IMG/VR virus record: IMGVR_UViG_3300023110_001575
Span: 1-64,000 of that record
Length of the DNA: 64,000 nt
Origin: an uncultured virus (IMG/VR IMGVR_UViG_3300023110_001575)
Lineage: Duplodnaviria > Heunggongvirae > Uroviricota > Caudoviricetes
Reading direction: 5' to 3' (one strand)
Part shown: one piece after another, positions 17,174-28,500 of the stretch
How the letters are laid out: every line of letters starts with the position of its first letter
Position numbering within the stretch: position 1 is the stretch's first letter
Notes under the pieces: model-generated
Seen by the model: only the letters and a program-made list of their open reading frames with translations
Told to the model about the DNA's origin: nothing
The model's database searches: none
Translations under genes and position numbers: made by a program

Positions 17174-17989
17174 ATGTGTCAAGTTATAATACCAGCAAAT
17201 GCAGTTGTGCCTCCAAGACAGTCTCCAACTGATCAAATAGCACAACAAGATAGTCAAGGTACACAAGCATTACAATGGCCACCAGGAACAATCGGCGATT
17301 TGCGAGATGGAGATCCTGTTACAGGAGTAGATGGCGGACAGGGTGGAACAGGTGGCAGTCCTCATTTTTTCAGTTATAATAATCCTAACAGAGGTGGAGT
17401 AGAACAAATTACCAATATTCCTCCAGCAGATACTCCATACGGTGCGCTTGCAAATACGCTTGTTGCCTTTAACAGACTAGACTGGACTGAAAAAGGATCT
17501 CCACCAAATCCTAATATCTATGCTTGTTATGTAACTGCTGGCAGATCAGGATATACAAGAGATTCGGGTGCAATTGATTATGCATGGTGTGCAGCATTTG
17601 TAAGTCATGTATTAGCAACCGCAGGTTTAGAAAGTTTTAACACTATGGGAAGTCAAGAATATAAGCGGTACGGACGGGCAATTGATTGGAGAGATTTGTC
17701 TAAGATTAGAAAATACGATATTGCTGTTTTAAAATCTAGAACACGTAGCGGAGGTCATGTAGGGTTTGTTTGGGCTGTAGAACCAGGAAGTTTTAAGATA
17801 CAAATTGCCGGAGGCAACCAAGGCGACAATTATAAAGTTTCTAACTACTGGATTAACAATCCTGATGCAAATTTATATCTTACTGATATTCGTAGGAATT
17901 GGGACATACCTCCCAAATATGATATTGCATATCCAACAGGAGATACAGCAGTTGACACTGGCGGAATAACACAAGGGAGTGTGATATGA
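17174..17989 (+). CDS. NlpC/P60-CHAP superfamily (TIGR02594-like) putative cell-wall peptidase
   Basis: AWCAAFVSHVL (Cys), GGHVGFV (His) and GGNQGD motifs. Confidence 0.8.
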   Translation: MCQVIIPANAVVPPRQSPTDQIAQQDSQGTQALQWPPGTIGDLRDGDPVTGVDGGQGGTGGSPHFFSYNNPNRGGVEQITNIPPADTPYGALANTLVAFNRLDWTEKGSPPNPNIYACYVTAGRSGYTRDSGAIDYAWCAAFVSHVLATAGLESFNTMGSQEYKRYGRAIDWRDLSKIRKYDIAVLKSRTRSGGHVGFVWAVEPGSFKIQIAGGNQGDNYKVSNYWINNPDANLYLTDIRRNWDIPPKYDIAYPTGDTAVDTGGITQGSVI

Positions 17990-18534
17990 GTTCAATTGAT
18001 AATGTTTTAACAACTTATCCTATGTCTAGTAGAGAAATCAACAGACTTATTGATAAAATTGATATGAGCACTGATATAGCAGATGACGGTTATCCTGTAG
18101 GATTGACTGATTTAGAAAAACAGCAATATGATAATATAATTGGACCTTTACAATTTTACGCTGCACAAATCGCAAGACAAGCAGAAGCAGCATTTGCTGA
18201 ACAAGTAGAAGATTGGGATGCTAGAGTTGATACTAGGGTAAATGGAAGAGAGTTTATACGTAATGGATTGATGTTAAATTCTACTCCTGAAGAAGTACAA
18301 AAACTTATATCTCAAGCACTACTAGACGATTTTAATCGTCAAAAATTTGAATTAGATTTAGCGTACAGATTAGAAAGAATTTTTCCTTGGCAAAAAGAGG
18401 AAGTTACTTGGAAAAACGCAGACGCACCCATAAACTTAGGTCTAGATTGGGCTCTTGAAATGTATGACAAATACAATGCAAGATCTGATGAAGATTTTAG
18501 ACGTCTTGCAATTAGACAAGCAATCAGATACTAA
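17986..18534 (+). CDS. Hypothetical protein in baseplate operon
   Basis: 182-aa ORF coupled to the upstream gene (ATGA) with a GGGAG RBS. No motif recognised. Confidence 0.65.
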   Translation: MSSIDNVLTTYPMSSREINRLIDKIDMSTDIADDGYPVGLTDLEKQQYDNIIGPLQFYAAQIARQAEAAFAEQVEDWDARVDTRVNGREFIRNGLMLNSTPEEVQKLISQALLDDFNRQKFELDLAYRLERIFPWQKEEVTWKNADAPINLGLDWALEMYDKYNARSDEDFRRLAIRQAIRY

Positions 18535-18542
18535 ATATTATT

Positions 18543-18989
18543 ATGAGTACACTAGAAAAAAATCTGTATAAAAATTTAAAGGTAAGACAAAAATCTTATC
18601 AAGTGTCTAATCCTGTAAGAAGTAAATCTTATAGAGGAGTAAGCACTACAGATCCTAACACAAAAAATTTCAACTATACAGATATTGAACTAATAAAAAG
18701 AGATATTTTAAATCATTTTCACATTAGAGTAGGTGAAAAATTAGAAAATCCTAATTTTGGTACAATTATATGGGATCTTTTATACGAGCCGTTTACACCG
18801 GATGTAGAGCAAGCAATTATTGCAAATGTAACTGAAATTGCAAATGCAGATCCTAGAGTTACATTAACAGATGTACAAGTAGATTCTTTTGAATCAGGTA
18901 TACAAATACAGTTAACTTTACTATTTTTAGAGTACAATATATCTGAAGTTTTACAATACGAATTTGACCTAAATAACGAAATCTTTTAA
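18543..18989 (+). CDS. gp25: Baseplate wedge / sheath initiator
   Basis: DIELIKRDILNHFHIRVGEKLENPNFGTIIWDLLYEP...DPRV matches the gp25/GPW family. TAAATA at 18532. Confidence 0.9.
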   Translation: MSTLEKNLYKNLKVRQKSYQVSNPVRSKSYRGVSTTDPNTKNFNYTDIELIKRDILNHFHIRVGEKLENPNFGTIIWDLLYEPFTPDVEQAIIANVTEIANADPRVTLTDVQVDSFESGIQIQLTLLFLEYNISEVLQYEFDLNNEIF

Positions 18990-19045
18990 AGTACGTGTAT
19001 TATAATCCTAGATAAATATTATAAATTAATGTTAAGGAAGTGCCC

Positions 19046-22000
19046 ATGTCTTCTATAGATAGACAAAACAGATTATTGCTTGCTGAGGATTGGACAAAGA
19101 TCTATCAGAGTTTTAATAACGCAGAATTCAAATCATATGACTTTGATACATTACGTAGAACAATGATAAGTTACCTACGTAAAAATTATCCAGAAGATTT
19201 TAATGATTATATTGAAAGTTCAGAATATCTTGCAATAATTGATATGATTGCGTTTCTTGGGCAAAACCTTTCATATAGAACAGATTTAAATGCAAGAGAA
19301 AACTATTTAGAACTTGCAGAACGTAGAGAAAGTGTACTCCGTTTAGCAAGACTATTAAGTTATAATGTAACACGTAACCAAGCAGCAAACGGCTTTCTTA
19401 AAATTACAGCAGTTCAGACATCCGAAAATGTAATTGACAGTAATGGAAATAGTCTTTCAGGTAGAAGCATTTTATGGAATGATAACGTTAACAATGACTG
19501 GTTTGAACATTTTGTTAAAATATTAAATGCAGCAAACAATGTATCTAATCAATTTGGACGTCCTGTAAACAATCAAGTTATTGACGGTATTCCAACAGAG
19601 CAGTATACATTTGAAACTAATAATGGCGGTATTCCAATTTATGCGTTCAATCGTGACGTAAATGGCGAAGGTTTAGATTTTGAAGTTGTAAGCACAATTA
19701 TTGACAATGGTGAATTAAAAGAAGCAACACCTAAACCTGCAGAGCCATTAAGTTACATTTATAGAGATAACGGCAGAGGACCTGGTGCATCTAGTACAGG
19801 ATTCTTTATGCATTTTAGACAAGGTAGATTACAAAGAGGTGACTTTGGTGTAGACTTTCCAGTGCCTAATCAAAAAATTGACATTGATACAACAAACATT
19901 AACAATTCAGATGTTTGGCTTTTTGGATTAGATAGTTCTTCAAGAGAAACTACAGAATGGACAAAAATTGATGCTGTAGAAGGAAATAATATTGTTTACA
20001 ATAGCATTTCAAAAAATATTAAAAATGTCTTCAGTGTGCTATCTAGAGCAGACGACAGAATTAGTTTAATTTTTAGTGACGGCGTTTTTGGCAATTTGCC
20101 TACCGGAACATTTAGAGTATATTATAGAACAAGTGCAAATTCAGATGTTGTTATATTGCCAACCAATATAAAAGATGTACAAGTTACTATTCCTTATATC
20201 AGTTCAACAGGTAGAACTGAAACACTTGTTCTTACATTGTCATTACAAGAAACAATTTCTAACAGTGCAAGTAGTGAAAGTACAGATAGCATTAGAAATA
20301 ATGCATCTTCAACTTACTATACTCAAAACAGAATGGTAACAGGCGAAGATTACAATGTTGGTCCACTAGGTGTAAGCCAAGACATTATTAAGGTAAAATC
20401 ACTAAACAGAATTGCAAGCGGTATTAGTAGAAATTATGATATTTTAGATGCTACTGGAAAATACAGTAGCACTAATCTATTTGCTACTGATGGTATTTTG
20501 TATAAAGAGTATATTGACGAAGTTACAAGCTTTGACTTTACAACACGGTCAGATATTTTACAAACAGTTTTAAACAAAATTACTCCATTGTTACAAAGTA
20601 AAAATATTAGAAACTTTTACTTAGAAAATTATAACAGACAAGATTATCGTGAATTAGGTTTAGTGTGGCACGAAGAAACAATCGATACAAACAGAACTAC
20701 AGGTATGTTTGAAGATAGTAACTTAATTAGATATACAGTAGGATCATTCACTGAAGGACCGTTGCGTTTTATTGAACCTGGTGCAATGGTTAAATTTACT
20801 GCACCATCAGGTTATCATTTTATGACTAATGATGACAATAAACTTATGCTAGGTGATGCAACACATAGATATTCAACTTCATATATTTGGACAAAATGTA
20901 TTAGTGTTACAAACGGTGGAAACACTGTTGATGAAACTACAGGACTAGGCGGTGTTGTTTTTAATGATGCTATACCTGACGGTGCTGTTTTAGATAGTAC
21001 AATTCCTAAACTTAGCACACAATTGATTGTAGATATTCAAGGTCAAATGGTAGATCAAATTTTCTCGTACAATACTTTTGGTTTGCGGTACGATAGAGAA
21101 TCTAGATCTTGGAAAGTTATTACTCAGGACAATTTAAATATCACAGGTAATTTTAGTTTAGGACAGGCCGGAGATGTAAGTAATTCACGTATTGATAGCA
21201 GTTGGTTGTTTTTGTTTGAAACTGACGGCGAAACTTATACTGTAACTTATAGAACATTGCGTTACATATTTGAAAGCGATTCAGAATTAAGATTCTATTT
21301 TGACAACAACAAAAAAATATTTGATAGTAAATCAGGTAAAATTATTAGAGATAGAGTATCAGTGCTAAACATCAACAATGATGTAAATTCTAGTACAGGA
21401 ACAGAATCTTACACATTGGATTATGATTGGGAAATATCAAGTGTATATAGAGACCAAGACGGTTATATAGATAGTACTAGAGTTGAAGTTGCGTTTTTTG
21501 ATAGCGACGATGATGGGGTAATTGATAATCCAGACTTGTTTACAGAAATTGTAGATTCTACAAATTATATTTTCTTAAAAGCCAAACAGCAAAATAATAC
21601 AACTGTCTACAATTATGTTTCTGCAGAAAGTGAAAATATAAATGTTGTAGGGTTTAGCACAGACATTAATTTATTAACACCTAATAATCCTAAGTATTAT
21701 GTAAGTGCAACAGACGAATTTTATATTTTAGACTCTGTTAATAGAACATTATCACCTTCTTATGATTATAAAGCATTTATAGGTCGTGATAGTATAAGTT
21801 TTAGATATGTACATGCAAGTGATGAAAACAGCAGGATTGATCCTAGCAGCACAAACGTAATTGATGTGTATCTAATGACACGAGCATACGATACAGCATT
21901 TAGACAATACCTAAGAAACATTGTTACAACTAAACCTTTACCATTGAGCAGTGATCAAATGGCAAGGTATTATGGCGGTGAAATTGAAAAAGTAAAATCT

Positions 22001-22513
22001 ATAAGTGATGAAATAATTTACCATCCTGTTAAGTACAAAGTGCTATTTGGAGATAAAGCAGATATAGATTTACAAGCAGCAATTAAAGTTGTAAAATCTA
22101 AAGAACGTGTAATAAATGATAATGAATTAAAAGTTCGTATTGTGCAAGCAATGAATGAATTTTTTGCATTAGACAATTGGGACTTTGGCGAAACATTTTA
22201 TTGGAGTGAATTAAGTGCATATATTATGAAGCAATTAGCACCTGATATAAACAGTATTGTAGTTGTTCCAAGACTTGCAAGTAGTTCATATGGAAGTTTA
22301 CAAGAAATTAAATGTGATTCAGATGAAATATTAATAAGTGGTGCAACTGTTTCTGATATAGAAATAATTGAGGCACTAACTTCAGAAAGACTTAAAGCGT
22401 CTGGTACAGTAGTTACTCAAAGCGAATTTGTAGGAAGCGGAATACAAAGTGCAGAAGAAACTACAACAGATAATTTTATAATTGGTTCTACAGATAATAC
22501 CGGAGGCTATTAA
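19046..22513 (+). CDS. gp6: Baseplate wedge subunit
   Basis: YDFDTLRRTMISYLR...FNDY.ESS...LARLLSY, F.DGVFG..P and QNRMVTGEDY gp6/baseplate-J-like motifs. Follows gp25. ATG 19046 after AAGGA, with TAAATA at 19013. Confidence 0.85.
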   Translation: MSSIDRQNRLLLAEDWTKIYQSFNNAEFKSYDFDTLRRTMISYLRKNYPEDFNDYIESSEYLAIIDMIAFLGQNLSYRTDLNARENYLELAERRESVLRLARLLSYNVTRNQAANGFLKITAVQTSENVIDSNGNSLSGRSILWNDNVNNDWFEHFVKILNAANNVSNQFGRPVNNQVIDGIPTEQYTFETNNGGIPIYAFNRDVNGEGLDFEVVSTIIDNGELKEATPKPAEPLSYIYRDNGRGPGASSTGFFMHFRQGRLQRGDFGVDFPVPNQKIDIDTTNINNSDVWLFGLDSSSRETTEWTKIDAVEGNNIVYNSISKNIKNVFSVLSRADDRISLIFSDGVFGNLPTGTFRVYYRTSANSDVVILPTNIKDVQVTIPYISSTGRTETLVLTLSLQETISNSASSESTDSIRNNASSTYYTQNRMVTGEDYNVGPLGVSQDIIKVKSLNRIASGISRNYDILDATGKYSSTNLFATDGILYKEYIDEVTSFDFTTRSDILQTVLNKITPLLQSKNIRNFYLENYNRQDYRELGLVWHEETIDTNRTTGMFEDSNLIRYTVGSFTEGPLRFIEPGAMVKFTAPSGYHFMTNDDNKLMLGDATHRYSTSYIWTKCISVTNGGNTVDETTGLGGVVFNDAIPDGAVLDSTIPKLSTQLIVDIQGQMVDQIFSYNTFGLRYDRESRSWKVITQDNLNITGNFSLGQAGDVSNSRIDSSWLFLFETDGETYTVTYRTLRYIFESDSELRFYFDNNKKIFDSKSGKIIRDRVSVLNINNDVNSSTGTESYTLDYDWEISSVYRDQDGYIDSTRVEVAFFDSDDDGVIDNPDLFTEIVDSTNYIFLKAKQQNNTTVYNYVSAESENINVVGFSTDINLLTPNNPKYYVSATDEFYILDSVNRTLSPSYDYKAFIGRDSISFRYVHASDENSRIDPSSTNVIDVYLMTRAYDTAFRQYLRNIVTTKPLPLSSDQMARYYGGEIEKVKSISDEIIYHPVKYKVLFGDKADIDLQAAIKVVKSKERVINDNELKVRIVQAMNEFFALDNWDFGETFYWSELSAYIMKQLAPDINSIVVVPRLASSSYGSLQEIKCDSDEILISGATVSDIEIIEALTSERLKASGTVVTQSEFVGSGIQSAEETTTDNFIIGSTDNTGGY

Positions 22514-25500
22514 TGGCATACGATAAAGAACAAAACGAAAGTGGTTTGCCTACTGATAACAACGAAAATCCAAAAGCAATTGATTTTCTGCCAAAATATT
22601 TTAGAACAGATGTAAACAAAAAGTTACTATCTAGCACCATACAGCAAATGATCAATCCAGGTGCTGTTGAAAAAATTAATGCTTTTGCAGGTAGACGTAA
22701 TTCTAAAGTAAACCAAGTCAGTGATGTTTATCTTCCTGATGTAACTCCTGACAGAGAAAATTATCAATTTGAACCTAGTATTGTATACAAAGACGAATTA
22801 GATAATGTTTTGTTTTATAAAAACTATCCTGATTTTATCGGACAAATTAAAAACTTTAAAGGCCCTACAGAAAATCATAATAGTTTAAACTCGCAAGAAA
22901 TGTATTCTTGGAATCCACATATTGATTGGGATAAGTTTGCTAATTTCCGTGAATACTATTGGTTACCTTTAGGTCCTTTGCCTATTCCTGTATTTGGTGA
23001 ACAAAAAGAAATTGAAAGCACTATTGTTGTGTCAACAGTAGTTGACGACGATAATACTGCATTCTTGTTTAGTTCGAGGGGAGCAACAAGAAATCCTACA
23101 CTAAGATTGTTTAAAGGACAAACTTATGTTTTTGAAATTAACACTCCTGGGCATCCATTTACTATTGGAATTACAAGAGATTTTACTGATACAGATCTAG
23201 GATTTAGTGTAGAGCAAGAAATTAGTAGTGAAATTTATGACAAGGATATGTTAAAATATGTTTATGACGAAGAAGGTAGACTTGTTTTAACAGAAGATGA
23301 TTATATTGAGGAAGGGGTAATAAAATGGACTATACCTGACGATGTTCCAGACAGTCTTTATTACCTTAGCCAAAACGATATAAACACAAGTGGTATTATT
23401 TTAAGTTTTGCTATAGAAGAAAACACAGAAATCGATCTTGCTGAAAATGTTATTGGTAAGAAAACCTATAAAACAGGCACAGGCGTACAACTTTCAAATG
23501 GCATGAAAGTTTATTTCCAAGGTACTGTTACACCACAAGAATACAGTGAAGGTTTTTTTTACATTGAAGGTGTAGGCACAAGCATTAAATTAATTCCAGA
23601 AAATGATTTAGAAGTTCCTAGTATCTTTACAAGTGATGTAGAAATTGCATGGGATGAATATGGATTTGACGAAGTACCGTACGAAGACGCTGCAAGTTTT
23701 CCAGGTACAAAAGATTATATTACAGTTAATAGATCAAGTCATGACAGAAACCCTTGGTCACGTTATAATAGATGGTTCCATAAGGATGTAATTGAAAAAA
23801 GTTATGAAGTTAACAATACTGAAATAAATCTAGATCAAAACTTTAGAGCAAAAAGACCGATCATTGAATTTAACGCAGGACTTAAATTATTCAACCATGG
23901 TACATTTGCAAAGAAAAATGTTAATTTAGTTGATAATTTTACAAAAGATGCTTTTAGTAATGTAGAAGGAAGTCTTGGATACAACATAGACGGTGTAGAT
24001 CTAACTGACGGAATGCGTGTATTATTTACAGCAGACCCTGACAGTTTTGTAAATGGTAAAATTTACGAAGTTAATTTTATTACACATAACAGCCGTAGGC
24101 AAATTAGTCTTGTTGAAACTACTGACACTATGCCTTTAGAAAATGAAACTGTACTTGCGTTAGAAGGTGAATCGCTAGGCGGCAAGATGTTTTGGTACAA
24201 TGGTACACAGTGGATTCAGTCACAAGAAAAAACAGGTGTAAACCAAGCACCACTTTTTGACGTTTTTGATCATGACGGAACAATTTTAAACGATGAAATA
24301 ACATATCCTGCGTCAGACTTTATTGGTAATAAAATTTTTAGTTATAAAGAAGGCACCGGATCTGATGATACAGAATTAGGATTTCCTCTAAAGTATAGAA
24401 ATATTTCTAATATAGGAGATATTGTATTTTCGTTTGATTTACAAAACCAAACAGTAAGATATCAAAACGAATTGCGCGAAACACTTACAACACAAACTGA
24501 TACAGGATTTTTGAAAAAGTTTTCCGATATTAGCACATTTGATTATGTAAACGGATGGACAAAAACAAATATATTAAGCAGACAGGCAGTAATACAACAG
24601 CAACTTACAGTTGATGATGAAGTTAATAATTTTCCAATTACTGTTTTTAACAAAAGCGGTACTCTAAGTGATTTAGTTGTTAAAGCTTATGTTGATGGTA
24701 AAAAAGTTTTAGATTCTAAATTTACTATAGACAATATAAACAATATAGCAACTGTAATTTTTCAAGAAGATTTAGAAGTTGGAAAAACACTTGTGTTTAG
24801 ATGTTTTTCTAACACTCCAAAAAATGAAAATGGTTACTATGAAATACCTGTAAACTTAGAAAAAAATCCATTAAATGATAACTTAGTTGACTTTACGTTA
24901 GGTGAAGTAAATGATCATGTAGAATCTATTATTGAAGAAGTACAAGGCTTTGACGGCATTTATCCTGGCGTTAGTAATCTTAGAGATTTAGGAAATGTTA
25001 CACATTATGGTAAGCGTTTTGTACAACACAGCGGACCATTTAATTTAGCAGCATTCCATATTACTGATAAAGAAGCAAATATTGTTAAAGCAATTAATTT
25101 TGTTAGATCAGAATACGGTAAAACAAAACGAAGACTAATTGCACTTGCTAATGAAAGCGGTATAGAAGGAACTGCAAAAGATCAATTAGATGCAGTGCTT
25201 GAAAGATTTTCTAAAGAAACTGTTTCATATAGAAATTTCTATTATGGTGACATGGTTGGTAAGAAAGCAAATACAAGCACAACACACAATATAGATAACA
25301 GTGAAGAAACATATTTTGCTATTGGTCTTACAAATTTTGATATAAACAAGTTGTCTAATCAAGCAGTATATGTTTATCTTAACGGAGTTCAACTTCTAAA
25401 AGATAGAGATTATACAATAAGCGATAACTTTGTTAATATAACAGCAACACTTGCAAAAGGCGATGTTGTAAGAGTTGATGAATTTGAAAATACAAATGGA

Positions 25501-28500
25501 TGTTATATTCCGCCAACACCTACTAAATTAGGTTTGTTTCCTTTATATTATCCTGAAATTCAAAAAGATCATACAGTAAGACCTGCTGTAAAAACATTTG
25601 TTACACCTAGAGCCCAAACACGCTTTGTACTAGAAAATGTTAACAAAATTATCGAAGCAACTGATCTTATTGTACAAGTAGGTGATGTCAAAGCATATGC
25701 TAATGTTGATTATAATATAGAAAAAGTAAGAAATGGTTTATTTTATGTAGACTTTGTAGAACCAGTTGCAGCCAATGAAAATGTAATCATAGGATTTCCG
25801 CAAGTAGTTATTCAAGGACATGATGGAAGTTTAACAAAAGCATGGAATGATTTTAGAGATGACTTTTTGCTAGAGTATGAATATAGAGTATATAATAATA
25901 TTAAATTAAAATATGATGCTAGTGTTTTAGATGTAAACAATTTTATTCCTACATTTGACAGAGATACTAAATTTACCAAAGAACAAATTGATAACAGTAT
26001 ACTTGGAGATTTTACAAGTTGGTTAGAAGATGCAGGAAATTTAACTTATACTGAAAATAACTTTTATGATGCAAGAGACGGATTTACATACAACTATAGT
26101 TTTATGTCAAATACAGACGGCGAGCCCTTAAAAGGATTTTGGAGAAGTGTGTATAAAACATATTATGGCACTGATCGTCCTAATACTCATCCATGGGAAA
26201 TGGTAGGATTAACAATTAAGCCTACATGGTGGGATGAACAATACGGACTTGCTCCTTACACAAGTGATAATATTTTACTTTGGACAGACATGGCAGAAGG
26301 TATTGTAAGAACACCTGGCACTGTTCCACAAAAAAATAAAATGTACAAGCACTCAAAATTACTTAATGCTATTCCGGTAGATAGCAACGGTAAGTTAGTT
26401 GATCCGTATAATGCAGGACTTGCACAAAACTATAAATTTGACACAGCAAGTAATAACTTTGTGTTTGGCGACGAAGCACCTGTCGAGACTGCATGGAGAA
26501 GAAGTTCAGAGTTTCCGTTTGCATTATTAAAGGCATGGATGTTAAATCAATCTGCACAAATTTTTGGTCTAGCTTTTGATAGATCACGCATAAAAAAGAA
26601 TTTATCAAATCAATACGTCTATACTGAAACAAACAAAGCAATACGTTGTGAAGATTTAGTATTCCCTAGTATTACAAGTGACGAAGATATTACTCTTACA
26701 AGTGGACTTGTAAACTTTGTTGCGAGTTACATGTCTTCCAAGTATAGTTCAAATTATAATAATTATAAGCAAAGACTAAAAGGATTAAAAAATCAACTGT
26801 CAATTAGAGTTGGCGGGTTTGCAAGTAAAGAAAAATTAAAATTAGTTTTAGATGCAAGAAGTCCTCTAAACAAAAGTAGTAATTTTGTACCAGAAGAAAA
26901 TTATCAAATTTTCTTAAACACATCAAGTCCGTTGGAAACGTTTGTCTTCAGTGGCATGATAATTGAAAAAACAGCAGATAACACATATATCTTAAAAGGC
27001 TACGATGGCGATAATCCTACGTTTCCTTTTTACAGACCATTAGAAACAAATTCAGATACATCGATTACTGTAGGCGGCATTTCTGCAGATTATGTTGTAT
27101 GGACTGAAGATCAACAATATACAATTGGTACAATTGTTGAGTATCAAAATAACTGGTATAGAACAACAACTACTCACAAGAGTGCTGAAACATTTGACGC
27201 AACAAAATTTGCTAAGTTGCCTACACTTCCAGTTACTGGTGGCATTAGTGCAAAAATTAGAAAAAGATATGAAACTACCGTTTCGTATATTTCTTATGGC
27301 ACAATTTTAGAATCAGTGCAAGAAGTTGTTGACTTTATGCAAGGATATGAAAAGTTTTTAAAACAGCAAGGATTCAGACTAGACTATTACAATAGAGAAA
27401 CAGATAGTTTAGAAGACATGACTTTATGCATACAAGAGTTTATGTTCTGGGTAACACAAAACTGGGAAGCAGGGACAATCCTTACAACTAGTCCGTGTGC
27501 AAATAGGTGTATCTTTACTGCTCCGTATTATGTTGTAGATGATATATTTGATGATTTTTACGGTTATAACCTGTTGTCGGGAAATGGTGAAAAACTAGGC
27601 AGAGATCTAAGCAACATTTATAGAGATGATACAAATACATTTGGTATTACACCTTCAAACACAAATGAAGGAATTTATTTAATTAAACTACCGCTTGTGC
27701 AAACAGAGCATGTTATTTTGTTAGATAACGCAACAGTTTTCAACGATGTAATTTACGATGTAGCGCCGGGCTACAGACAGGAAAGAATCAAACTTGTAGG
27801 TTATAGAACAGACAATTGGGAAGGTGGCTTAAACATTCCTGGATTCTTCTATGACAATGTGAAAGTTGATTTTTGGAAAACTTATGAAGATTATGCAGTA
27901 GGCGATGTTGTTAAATTTAAAGAATTCTTTTATTCGGCAAATGTAAAACACAACAGTGGAGAAGTTTTTGTTTCTGCAAACTGGAATAGATTATCAGAAG
28001 AACCTAAAGCAGAACTATATCCTAACTTTGATTACAGAGTAAATCAGTTTACTGATTTTTATGATTTAGATACTGACAATTTTGACACAGAACAACAGCG
28101 TTTAGGACAACATTTAATCGGTTATCAAAAACGTGAATACCTAAGTAATATTATTCCTGACAGTGTAAGTCAATATAAGTTCTACCAGGGATTTATACAA
28201 GAAAAAGGAACAAAAAATTCTCTTACAAAATTGTTTGATGCACTAAGCACATCGGGCGAAGAAAGTCTAAAGTTTTTTGAAGAATGGGCAATTAGAGTCG
28301 GATCTTATGGTGCATTAGATAATAAGCAAGATTTAGAGTTTAAATTAAACGAAAGTAACTATAAACTAGAACCTCAATTATTTGAATTAACAAACAACAA
28401 AACAGATGATGCAGATTTAATTTATAAAATTGCTGATTATGAAGTATATGAAAAACCCGAGGACTATGCCAATGCGCCGTTTGTAATGTCTACTGCAAAA

